64,000 bases of DNA. Source: a virus. The stretch's first letter is position 1; every line of letters starts with the position of its first letter. A program made the position numbers and the translations under genes. The notes under the pieces are model-generated. The model did not search any database. It saw nothing but the letters and a program-made list of their open reading frames with translations, and was not told the origin of the DNA. Shown one piece after another: positions 1 through 8,866 of the stretch. Location: positions 128,001-192,000 of IMG/VR virus record IMGVR_UViG_3300031418_000005, one strand, 5' to 3'.

Positions 1-428
1 AGCGCTTCTGCCAGGAGCGGACCACGTTCGCGGTTCGGCTTCACCCAGCCCCAGATTTCCATCACCGGCAGACCGTTACAGACCTGGTCAGTCGGTTTCA
101 CTTCCACTTCACGAATGTGCATACAGACGTTTTTCGTCTCAATCCATTCGTTGCGCTCAATCCACTGGGCTTCGGACATGCCCTGCTCGTACGGAGGGTG
201 GTCTTCTTCACCGAAGAGATTCCCCGCCTGCACTTTGCGCATGAAGATGTTAGAACGTTCGAAGACGTGCTTCGATTCGTTGTAAGCGTAATAGATATTC
301 TCAGAGTTGAAAATATTCAGTGCGCCTAAAAGGACGTAGTAGTAACCGTCCGCATCTTTCTTGAGCGTTGCCCCTTTATTGACCCCAGCCAGCGCTACGC
401 AGTTATAACGTAGTGACAAGTTTTCCAT
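1..428 (-). CDS. Prohead (head maturation) protease, phiKZ gp175/SPN3US gp245-like; N-terminal part, runs off the window
   Basis: Manual translation from ATG at 428: MENLSLRYNCVALAG...LFGEEDHPP...VCMHIREV...IWGWVKP. GExxHP is the T4 gp21-family protease His motif, and the position next to the vRNAP block fits. Not in the ORF track because there is no stop in the window. Confidence 0.8.
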   Translation of the reverse strand, partial: MENLSLRYNCVALAGVNKGATLKKDADGYYYVLLGALNIFNSENIYYAYNESKHVFERSNIFMRKVQAGNLFGEEDHPPYEQGMSEAQWIERNEWIETKNVCMHIREVEVKPTDQVCNGLPVMEIWGWVKPNRERGPLLAEA

Positions 429-483
429 TGTTTTCCCCAGTTTCTTTTTTCAGTCCAGTGTGCGCCCGAAAGCGCACCACCAG

Positions 484-1218
484 TTATCGCATAAACAGAT
501 CCTCGAGCGGTTCGGCACGGACTGGATCGACTTGCAGTGCAGAACGAATACCTTGTTTCAGTTCCACGTCAGCAAGCTTCGCCAGACGCGACGTTTTGTT
601 GAGTGAGCCACTGCGCAATGGAATGAACTGCACAGGGTTGCTCAAATCGCTGTCCTTTTTCAATGTGTCCCGGAAATACGTGCGCGGGTCGCCAACTTTA
701 CGCTGCGTGTGGGCAGCATAGACGTCTGCTGTGATTTGGTCAGCAAACACGGTAAAGCCATTCCACTTCTTGGTCTTATCCGGTGCCAGTAGTTCGGCAT
801 CGTCATCAGTTTGCATCCAGAAGGGACGGTTACCAAAGTCGTATACGTACGACGCGATGTTGTACACAGGTGACGGCATCACCTGCAACATGCGGTTGGG
901 GAAAACAACCGTACCGGGGTCAAAACGGAATTCGTAATACGGAACACCGTGGACATCAATCTCTTCAAACGCCGACGGGGTAATCTCGATGAAGGTCGTA
1001 ACCCCCGAGACCCCGTAGGTTTTCCGGTCGGTCGATATCGCAAACAAACCGATAATCGTTACCGTCGAAGAAACCACCGCCAACTCTTTCGCCACAAACC
1101 CAACAGGGATGTAAATGTAACATCCCCCTTTGGTAGTGGTGACCGTGCCGTTGTTTACCAAGTCAGCATGAATCTTCGTTGGGTCACGACGGGCTGTTTC
1201 AATTGCACTCACGATCAC
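484..1218 (-). CDS. Conserved virion protein, phiKZ gp176/SPN3US gp244-like (possibly vRNAP-associated)
   Basis: 244-aa ORF between the protease and the head/vRNAP genes; assigned by synteny. Confidence 0.6.
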   Translation of the reverse strand: MIVSAIETARRDPTKIHADLVNNGTVTTTKGGCYIYIPVGFVAKELAVVSSTVTIIGLFAISTDRKTYGVSGVTTFIEITPSAFEEIDVHGVPYYEFRFDPGTVVFPNRMLQVMPSPVYNIASYVYDFGNRPFWMQTDDDAELLAPDKTKKWNGFTVFADQITADVYAAHTQRKVGDPRTYFRDTLKKDSDLSNPVQFIPLRSGSLNKTSRLAKLADVELKQGIRSALQVDPVRAEPLEDLFMR

Positions 1219-1229
1219 CTCCTACAGGT

Positions 1230-2705
1230 TTAAGCGCGTTTCAGGATATCAACACAAATAGCACCGCATACCCAGTTGATGACGTAGTTAATCATCCAGT
1301 CGGTGGCCACTTCGTCAGGCTGGCGGTTGTTAATCATGCCGTGGTGAATTTCCAGCAGCAGATTGCACAGATCGTATTCGCCAAAGACCTCGGCCGAGGA
1401 GGTACGGATAACGAACTCGGTGATATCTTTGGTGCTGTTACCAAACAGGTGATCGATAGAAGAGAACACACCGGTTTTGATTTGGTCAGCCGTGAACAGG
1501 TTACCCTGCGCATCGCGCGCCAGATATTCTGGGTCGAGCGTATCGATAGCCACCGCAAAAGCAGTTTTCAGCGACGCACGGTTACGGCTCAGCCAATCGG
1601 TGTCGTTCTTCGCACGCTGGATAGCACTGCGGTGCGCATAAGCGGCACGATAATCGTTCGCCCGCTCCAGCAGAGACGGTACACGCGTAGACACACGGGT
1701 ATCGCCATCATCCAGCAGATAAATCGCCCCGAGCAGCGCTTCCACATCACCACCTTTTTCCAGGTAGTCTTTAAAGGCTTCCTGGCAGATGTAGACTTTC
1801 TTCTCGTTACCGTCGTAACCGAATACCACGTTACCGGACGCCACACGTTCAACAATGGCGTTCGCGTAGGCATACACCCAACCGATGTTGCTGTAGTAGA
1901 GCGGCAGCATTTTCGCACGCCATTCACCGCTACCCAGGTTGGAGTTTTCCCACGGACGTTCAACGTAGTAGGACGCCAGCAGCATGAACAGGATGTTCTT
2001 TTTCAGGTTGTGTGGTGCCTGTTCAGAAACTGGCGACAGCATGTTCCCTTCCAGCATCCCCTGAACCGCCTCAACGATAGACATCCCGGTTTCGTTCAAC
2101 AGGGTACGTACGAGGTCATCGTACATTTTGTTCCCGGTTTCCGGAATTTCCAGGTTGGTCGGCACGTTAGCTTTTACGGCTTCGTGCGTTGTCCCGTTAC
2201 CCAGCGGGTTTTCGATTTCGTCAATCAGCGCCTGCACCACCGGACTTTCCAGGGCAGCATCCATCCCGACCGGTACCAGGTTCCACTCTTCAGAGAGTTC
2301 CTGCTGTTCAACCGGCTGGTTGTTCTGAATCACGTTTTGCACGAACGGCTGAATCACGTTACGCGCAAAGTCCAGCATCCCATTACAGCGCTGGATGGCC
2401 ATGTTCTTCAGTTCGAACAGGGTCGGTTCGTGGTCTTCCACGTTCAGCACTTCTGCACCGGCTGCAGTATCCGCCACAACCGAGGCTTCCCCTGTACCGT
2501 GCGCCGGAGTTTTGATTTTGGTGATATCCGGCAGCTGTTGGAAGAACTGCTCGTCAGTGATGCCGGTGTTAAAGATAGGGGCCTGGTCGGTTGCTTTGTT
2601 CAGCAGACCAATCGGGCTATCTTCTTCCGCATCCAAACGGATGTTAAACTGTTTGCACAGCTTCATCGCGTTAGTGACGGCGTTAAGTGAGTATAAACTG
2701 ATCAT
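1230..2705 (-). CDS. Virion head protein (phiKZ gp177/SPN3US gp243-like)
   Basis: 491-aa ORF in the operon; ATGA overlap with the upstream gene; synteny. Confidence 0.6.
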   Translation of the reverse strand: MISLYSLNAVTNAMKLCKQFNIRLDAEEDSPIGLLNKATDQAPIFNTGITDEQFFQQLPDITKIKTPAHGTGEASVVADTAAGAEVLNVEDHEPTLFELKNMAIQRCNGMLDFARNVIQPFVQNVIQNNQPVEQQELSEEWNLVPVGMDAALESPVVQALIDEIENPLGNGTTHEAVKANVPTNLEIPETGNKMYDDLVRTLLNETGMSIVEAVQGMLEGNMLSPVSEQAPHNLKKNILFMLLASYYVERPWENSNLGSGEWRAKMLPLYYSNIGWVYAYANAIVERVASGNVVFGYDGNEKKVYICQEAFKDYLEKGGDVEALLGAIYLLDDGDTRVSTRVPSLLERANDYRAAYAHRSAIQRAKNDTDWLSRNRASLKTAFAVAIDTLDPEYLARDAQGNLFTADQIKTGVFSSIDHLFGNSTKDITEFVIRTSSAEVFGEYDLCNLLLEIHHGMINNRQPDEVATDWMINYVINWVCGAICVDILKRA

Positions 2706-3001
2706 GCCTGACCCCCGTTCTCGGTGCTGGCTGCTTCCTGGATACGCGCGGTAAGGCGGGCACCGACTAAATCTGCAATGTCGCGTTTCAGCATACGCTG
2801 ATCGCCCTGACGATCGGTCAGGCCACTGTTGCCTTTCATCAGACCGTGCAGAATCTCTGTGGTCAGTTCAACGGCATTACCCAGCGTAACAAAGTTCAGA
2901 CGCTGTTGCGGGGAATAACCCTCGGTTTCCTGCTGAGTAATATTCTTACCCGTTGGAATCCCGTTACGCATTTTGATAGAATCTAAAATACTCATTCTCA
3001 A
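2702..3001 (-). CDS. Small virion protein, hypothetical
   Basis: 99-aa ORF with GGAG SD; ATGA-coupled to the downstream gene. Confidence 0.6.
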   Translation of the reverse strand: MRMSILDSIKMRNGIPTGKNITQQETEGYSPQQRLNFVTLGNAVELTTEILHGLMKGNSGLTDRQGDQRMLKRDIADLVGARLTARIQEAASTENGGQA

Positions 3002-3018
3002 CTCCGGAGTTGTTTACG

Positions 3019-3039
3019 AGGGTGGGAGCGACCCACCCT
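3019..3039. other. GC-rich hairpin after the vRNAP beta gene
   Basis: AGGGTGGG-agcga-CCCACCCT; no clear U tract. Confidence 0.4.
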
Positions 3040-3044
3040 TAGGA

Positions 3045-6000
3045 CTAAAGTTTCGTCGGCAGAACCGGCACGTCTTTCCCATCAAGGATATCCCCGATAA
3101 GAACACCTGCACGTTCACCAACCGCGTTCGCTGTCCCGATACGTTGAATGGAACCAACGATACGTGCGTCAACTGAGTCACGTCCAAAGAGGATGTCGAT
3201 GTCGTCCCCGGATTCAGTCCGGTTCACACCACGCATCACTTCCTGCACTGTGGTTTTCAGCTGGTTCGCGATAACCATTTTATCCGCAGCTGCCATATCC
3301 ACACGGTGCGTGATATAGAATCGAACGCACAATGAGTTATAAGCAAGCGGCACCCCTTCAACACGGTAGTCCCCGGTGACACGCCCATCGAGTGGGTCGT
3401 CTCGACCAACAGACAAGGCGGCTTTACGACGAATGCGGTCGTATTTGCGTACCAGTTCTGCCAGTGAGGCGGTCATGTCTTCGGTTTCGCCGTGATACAC
3501 CACTTCAATTTTGTCGATGTGGCCACGTACACCCGCACGAGGTGCGAACGAACTCAAGTCTTGCAAGGTTGCCGCAGCTTCTTTACTGAACCCCGACATA
3601 TCGCCGGTCAGGTTGTCGGTAAAGGTGCATAGAATTGAGTCCACGTCGACGTGGTCGCCTTCTTTACCAATCTCGAGCAAGTTCTGGTTAAAGGTAATCG
3701 TTACTTCTTTGAGTTTGGTAACATCAGACTGTGCTTTCGCAGCGAACCGCTCACTAATCGCATTGGAGTCTTCAATTACTTCTTCCCCTTCCGGTAACGC
3801 TACCGTAGCCAGTATCCCGTTCTTCCAGGACACCTGCGTCGGATCGTAGATATCGACTTCGAACTGTTGGTCATTGTAAGTGATGACTGTACCGGCCGGG
3901 AGTTTGTCTCCGGCTTTCCAGCGAGTAACCAGGGTGTGAGGATAATAGGTACCTTCGTGAGCGCCGAACCAGCGGCCCAGTGGGAATGCCTCTTTCTCAC
4001 CGTCTTCATAGGTGATTTCGATGTGGTCATCAGAGATGCCCGTAATTTTGCCTGCTTTGTCAATCACGCGTGCGTGTTTCACAGACGTACGGTGGGCGAC
4101 GGCTTTCTCCTGTTCTGTACGATACGGGGTAGTCGTGGCACCGATACACGATGTCGCTGACCCCATTTGAATCCCGACGAAGTTCTGACGCTTGGCGTCA
4201 TCCATCAGGGTGTCCGGTACCAGCCCATCGATAAACGACAGCGCATGACCAGGTTGTAACTCCCCGTCACGTTTGAACGTGGTGCCATCGACGGTATCGA
4301 AGGCCGGGTTGTTGGTTAAGAACGCGGTGATCCCTACGTCCCCGTTATCGACGGTGTTACCCGAAACGATACCGAGGTCAGAAGGTTGGAACTCACGAGT
4401 GTGGTAAACCATTGTCTTACGGTTACGGCCACCCGTACCCCCCATGGTCACAACGTCTTTCTCTTTGATGCTTTGAATCGCGTTTGCACCCGGTGCCAGC
4501 AGAACCGATGGGTCGGAGTTAATCGCCCCCCAAATCATGTCCTGTGTCAGTTCAAACTTGCGGTTTGATCCCGGTGCGTTGTTGTAGTTACGCATCGCAC
4601 GCACCATGGCGGTGTAGATGTGATACGCAATACGTTGGTTCCCGATGAACATCATTTCCTCACCGTTGATTTCCGGCAAGGTTTTGTCCGTCTGGAGCAT
4701 TTCGTTCGAACGTTGCAGCAAGCCGATAAAGGTTTCCGGCTCACCCATTTTCCTGAGGATACGTGCGTGCATGTCATCAACAAACGCGGTCCGCATTTGT
4801 TTCAGCTCTTTGATGTACCGTGGAGACAGGCCATCTGCATCACGAATCAGGTTCAGGTAAATGTCTTCGCGTTCCACTTCGGACTCGGTATACGCAGTGA
4901 AGTGTTTCAAATAACGGTCAAGACCGTTCAGTATCATGCGCTGTTGGTCGTTGTCACAGGTGATAGCATACTTCGCATCCGCTAAGCGGATAATGCTGTC
5001 GTACTGCGACTTGTCCAGGCGCTGACCCGCGGGCATGAGTTCGTACTGCATCCCAAAGTGCTTCAACATCCCCTGCAACCCGAGGTAGTAGGTAAAGATG
5101 AAGCCGAGTGAAAGTGACTTACCCATCAGAGACAGTTCGGTCATTTCACGCGGAGCTTTGGACGAATCCACACCCAGCATTTCAGCCAAGGTGCCCAGTG
5201 GTTCAACCTTGTCCTCTTTCACTTTATACATCTGTGACTTGCTGTCCATGCAGAGGATGATTTCGCTGCGTGGTTTCTTCGCAACAGGGATCAGGTTGGC
5301 GCGGTCCGCGTCGGCGATTTGATCACTGTCAAAGAAGACATCACGTTGTTTGAAATCAAAACTCCACATGTAGCCCATGGCATTGAAGCTTGCCACACGA
5401 CGTGCCACTTCGGTGTACTGACGCGGCAGTTCCAGCAGAGGGTCGAACACGTTTGCCAGTTTGGCATCGGTCACTTCGGTGTTTTTCGGGTCAACGGCAC
5501 GCGTGATAATCGCATTCGTCAACCAACGCCCGTAGTCGTTCACCACTTTATCACTGCGGCGTACAAAGTTCTTGCCGTACGCAGTGGTCAGGGCAACGGT
5601 GTCCGGGGCAACCTTACGGATAGGTAAATCGACACGCTGCTTACGCATGGTGTACTCAACACCGTTCGCAACCCAGGTACCGTCATCGGTCAGGGCCGGA
5701 ATGGAGAAGCGTACTGTGGTCGGTTCACCGCCGATAGGTTGAACGCGCAGGGTATGGTGTTCCACTTTCCCGGTCACGGTATTTTCTTTCTCTACCGTGT
5801 GGTTGTGAATCGCCAGGCCCAGGCGCTGTGACGATGCTACTGCAGACAAGATGTCTTTAGGCAGCATGGTCTTGTTATACTGTTTGATAATCTGGTCGTT
5901 AACGTTTTCAAACCACGCTTCGTCCGTAACCAGACGTTCAATCTTTTTCGGTTGCGCTTTGACTTCGATATCTTTCTTCTCGATAGTCAGCGCTTGTCCG

Positions 6001-7208
6001 TACGTCTCTTTTGGATTGTACGGGTTTGGCAGACTGACAAAACGCTGAGAAGAGTCAGACAGGAATTGGTACGCTTTCGAGGTCACACGACCGGCTTCGG
6101 CCAGGCGTTTTACTTCCTGTTTGATGACTTCGTCGTGGGCAATGGTTTTTTCCACCACGATGGTCGTCGGCTTGACATCTTCTTTTGGCGCTTCGATAAC
6201 CAGGTCTTCTTTCTCATCGAAACCGTTATCAGACTCCACCGCGGCATCATCGGTGAGTTCTTCGTCATCCATGACATCGACGTTGTCTTCTTCTACGTCG
6301 TCACGGGTTACGATACGTTCTTCCCCTTCTGGGGTCAGGAACTCCGCATCGTACTCGTCAGACGGAGACTGCGTCATCACCTGAACCAGGGTTTTGTAGA
6401 AGTTGCGCGCCATCTGGTCGTCAGTTAAACGCCCACCTGAGGACTTACGCATTTTCTCTACCACACCCATGTTCAGTGACGTGAAGCCGCTGTTGTGGGT
6501 GAAGATAAAGTTCATGCGTGACAGCTGAGTGATGTCCATGCCGTCAAACAGGGAATCTTTCTGGTGCCCGTAAGCCCAGGTAAAGATTTCCAGTAACCAC
6601 AGCAGGTTAAAGTCCTGAAACTTTTCCAGCTTGGTTTTTACACGGTCATTGAAGGTGGTCTGGAATTTGGTGAACGCGGGCAGGGTAGAGCCCAGTTCGA
6701 TGACGAAATAGTTCTGACGCAGATACTCAGCGGTATCGTATTTGAACTGGTTCGTCATTAACACCATGATGTTGCGCAGACGGTCGTACCAGGCCAGCTG
6801 CGTGTCCGGGTAGATATAGTGCGACAGCATCGGGGTGTAGTTTTCAATCAGCAGCGTTTTCAGGTCTTTACGTACCAGCGCATCCGAAGACAAACGACGG
6901 AAGTTGCGGTTAGCACGGTGATAGGCGAAAATCGCTTTCTCCTGACCTTGTACCGGTTTGATACGCGGATGACCAGAGATGCCTTCCTCAGGCAGTTTAA
7001 AATGATGACGAATCTGCGCAGGCTTTTCCAAGTCCTGGAGAATCGGAGTGGTGACCGGTGGAGCCAGAACGACCTGGTCAAGGTCGATGGCATGATACAC
7101 AGCCCCACGCGGAATCTGCAACTTCTCCAGCGGAATGATACGGGGTTTCCCGAACTCATCCGTCTTACGCACTGAGAAGCGTTGGTTAAACTGCTTAATG
7201 AGAAGCAT
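3045..7208 (-). CDS. Virion RNA polymerase beta subunit, N-terminal/main part (phiKZ gp178-like)
   Basis: 1387 aa with RpoB-like motifs (ANGVEY, DDAKRQNFVGIQ, EDSNAISERF, ADKMVIANQLKTTV, DIDILF); adjacent to the beta' gene. Confidence 0.9.
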   Translation of the reverse strand: MLLIKQFNQRFSVRKTDEFGKPRIIPLEKLQIPRGAVYHAIDLDQVVLAPPVTTPILQDLEKPAQIRHHFKLPEEGISGHPRIKPVQGQEKAIFAYHRANRNFRRLSSDALVRKDLKTLLIENYTPMLSHYIYPDTQLAWYDRLRNIMVLMTNQFKYDTAEYLRQNYFVIELGSTLPAFTKFQTTFNDRVKTKLEKFQDFNLLWLLEIFTWAYGHQKDSLFDGMDITQLSRMNFIFTHNSGFTSLNMGVVEKMRKSSGGRLTDDQMARNFYKTLVQVMTQSPSDEYDAEFLTPEGEERIVTRDDVEEDNVDVMDDEELTDDAAVESDNGFDEKEDLVIEAPKEDVKPTTIVVEKTIAHDEVIKQEVKRLAEAGRVTSKAYQFLSDSSQRFVSLPNPYNPKETYGQALTIEKKDIEVKAQPKKIERLVTDEAWFENVNDQIIKQYNKTMLPKDILSAVASSQRLGLAIHNHTVEKENTVTGKVEHHTLRVQPIGGEPTTVRFSIPALTDDGTWVANGVEYTMRKQRVDLPIRKVAPDTVALTTAYGKNFVRRSDKVVNDYGRWLTNAIITRAVDPKNTEVTDAKLANVFDPLLELPRQYTEVARRVASFNAMGYMWSFDFKQRDVFFDSDQIADADRANLIPVAKKPRSEIILCMDSKSQMYKVKEDKVEPLGTLAEMLGVDSSKAPREMTELSLMGKSLSLGFIFTYYLGLQGMLKHFGMQYELMPAGQRLDKSQYDSIIRLADAKYAITCDNDQQRMILNGLDRYLKHFTAYTESEVEREDIYLNLIRDADGLSPRYIKELKQMRTAFVDDMHARILRKMGEPETFIGLLQRSNEMLQTDKTLPEINGEEMMFIGNQRIAYHIYTAMVRAMRNYNNAPGSNRKFELTQDMIWGAINSDPSVLLAPGANAIQSIKEKDVVTMGGTGGRNRKTMVYHTREFQPSDLGIVSGNTVDNGDVGITAFLTNNPAFDTVDGTTFKRDGELQPGHALSFIDGLVPDTLMDDAKRQNFVGIQMGSATSCIGATTTPYRTEQEKAVAHRTSVKHARVIDKAGKITGISDDHIEITYEDGEKEAFPLGRWFGAHEGTYYPHTLVTRWKAGDKLPAGTVITYNDQQFEVDIYDPTQVSWKNGILATVALPEGEEVIEDSNAISERFAAKAQSDVTKLKEVTITFNQNLLEIGKEGDHVDVDSILCTFTDNLTGDMSGFSKEAAATLQDLSSFAPRAGVRGHIDKIEVVYHGETEDMTASLAELVRKYDRIRRKAALSVGRDDPLDGRVTGDYRVEGVPLAYNSLCVRFYITHRVDMAAADKMVIANQLKTTVQEVMRGVNRTESGDDIDILFGRDSVDARIVGSIQRIGTANAVGERAGVLIGDILDGKDVPVLPTKL

Positions 7209-7223
7209 AGTCGAGCCTTATGG

Positions 7224-8837
7224 TCATTTCAACAGCGCTTGCGTCGCACGCTTAATCACATTGTTGACAGGTTGGACTTTGAAACTGCCGTCAGTCGCAA
7301 ACCAGTAGTTCTTTGAATTGACCCACTTCCGGTTCTCCTCGAGGGCTTCCTGTGACATCGGACTGTTGGCGGAACCTGTGTCGCCGTCGTAGTCACCACC
7401 CAGTCCACCCAGTCGGGAAGGATGGGGAGCCATGGACTCCACGAAGGTCGAGACGTTACGGTCAGGGAAGCTGGTTGCCCCCTTAGGTTTCACGCTCGTC
7501 CAGTCATCTTCCAGCTCTTTTAAGTAGAGCGAAGACGTCGTGGTCTCCAATCTTATGGTCGAGGAGTAAGTCGATCCACGACCCGTTACAGGGTAACGAG
7601 TAATGAATGAGAAGTAGTCATTCCAGAGATCGTATCCGGAAAGGTAGAGCAGTTCAGCTAATGAAATTCCGCGTACCAGTTTACGCGAGAATCCCTCAGG
7701 GAGTTCTTCAATGTCGTAAAAGACTTTGAAGTGCTTCTTGTCCTGATAAATCAGGGCGACGTAGTGGTCTTTATCAATCATCACCGGCTGATGACGAAGC
7801 TCGCGAGCTTCCATGCGGTTGATGAGCAATTCAATACCATCGTCGGTGGAGAACAGGTCATAGACCTTCCCCGGCACTTCTAAGAATTCGCGCTTGAGGG
7901 TTTTGGTGTTAATCCCATACAGGTTCCCGTCACCCGCACGGATGTTACCGAGGTAACGTTCGCGGATGTTGTACTGGGCAACCGGGAGTAACGCCTTTAA
8001 TGTTTGGTACAAGCCGATACGCGTATCGGTTGGCCTTACTTCATCCTCACGGCCCATGACTTTAGAACCGGTTGAGAACGAAGACAGTACGTTACGGGTA
8101 CCGTTCAGCAGTTTACGGGACGTGACCTTACGCCGAGCAAAGCCACCCTTCCCATCCTGGATGTTAAAGAAGTACATCCAGATTTCGTTAAAGGTCTGCT
8201 GGAGTTTCCACCGCACCGGGTCAGTGAGCTCAGTGCGCGCATTGCGGTCCGGTATCGCACGGGCCAGTGAAATGAGTCGGCGGTACAAGCCCCCGATGTC
8301 GTCTTCCTGGTCGCGACCGTCGGCACGTACCACCAGGTCACGCAGACCGGCAGGCAGTACCAACACATAGCGACTCAAACTGACGGGTCGGAATTTGTTG
8401 AAGAAATCCACGGACTCATCACGGCGCATGGACTCGTTTCGGCCCGGTGAGAGTTCATTGTAGTGACTCAGGAAGAAGTTAAAGCCGGTGTCTGCACCTT
8501 TTTCACTGGGCAGCGCTGGCTCGAAATCTTTTTCTTTCTCGTTCCAGGTCGCAAAACGTTTCCCGGAACAAATTTCTTCATACAGCTGTTTCAGCTGAAA
8601 CATAGCCAAACACACGGTGGGCGAAATGATATCCAGTTTGATATCGATGTACGAGAATGTACTGTCGCGCGCTTCACTTCCCGTCAGGCCGAAGATATCG
8701 GTTGAGTACAGTCCCTCAGGGTGAAAGTTTTTTGTCAACCCCTGAAAGGTGTCTGTCGATGTTACGGGTTTTAGTTGCGACACCAGGGACTTGTTGACGT
8801 TTAATAAATAAAAGTCAACCCAGTTTAGCTTTTTCAC
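7224..8837 (-). CDS. Virion RNA polymerase beta' subunit carrying the catalytic loop (phiKZ gp180-like)
   Basis: 537 aa, GTG start; EGLYSTDIFG, VLPAGLRD, RYPV and catalytic GGDYDGD (NADFDGD equivalent). Confidence 0.92.
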   Translation of the reverse strand: MKKLNWVDFYLLNVNKSLVSQLKPVTSTDTFQGLTKNFHPEGLYSTDIFGLTGSEARDSTFSYIDIKLDIISPTVCLAMFQLKQLYEEICSGKRFATWNEKEKDFEPALPSEKGADTGFNFFLSHYNELSPGRNESMRRDESVDFFNKFRPVSLSRYVLVLPAGLRDLVVRADGRDQEDDIGGLYRRLISLARAIPDRNARTELTDPVRWKLQQTFNEIWMYFFNIQDGKGGFARRKVTSRKLLNGTRNVLSSFSTGSKVMGREDEVRPTDTRIGLYQTLKALLPVAQYNIRERYLGNIRAGDGNLYGINTKTLKREFLEVPGKVYDLFSTDDGIELLINRMEARELRHQPVMIDKDHYVALIYQDKKHFKVFYDIEELPEGFSRKLVRGISLAELLYLSGYDLWNDYFSFITRYPVTGRGSTYSSTIRLETTTSSLYLKELEDDWTSVKPKGATSFPDRNVSTFVESMAPHPSRLGGLGGDYDGDTGSANSPMSQEALEENRKWVNSKNYWFATDGSFKVQPVNNVIKRATQALLK

Positions 8838-8866
8838 TTTTAAGCTCCTGAATTGGAATTATCAAC

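Noticed and set aside
1179-2690. 503-aa + strand ORF
   Set aside because: Antisense shadow of the 491-aa head gene; no SD and no recognisable motifs.
3045-8837. Inteins or introns in the RNAP genes
   Set aside because: Frames are continuous and no intein splice motifs or homing-endonuclease motifs were seen.
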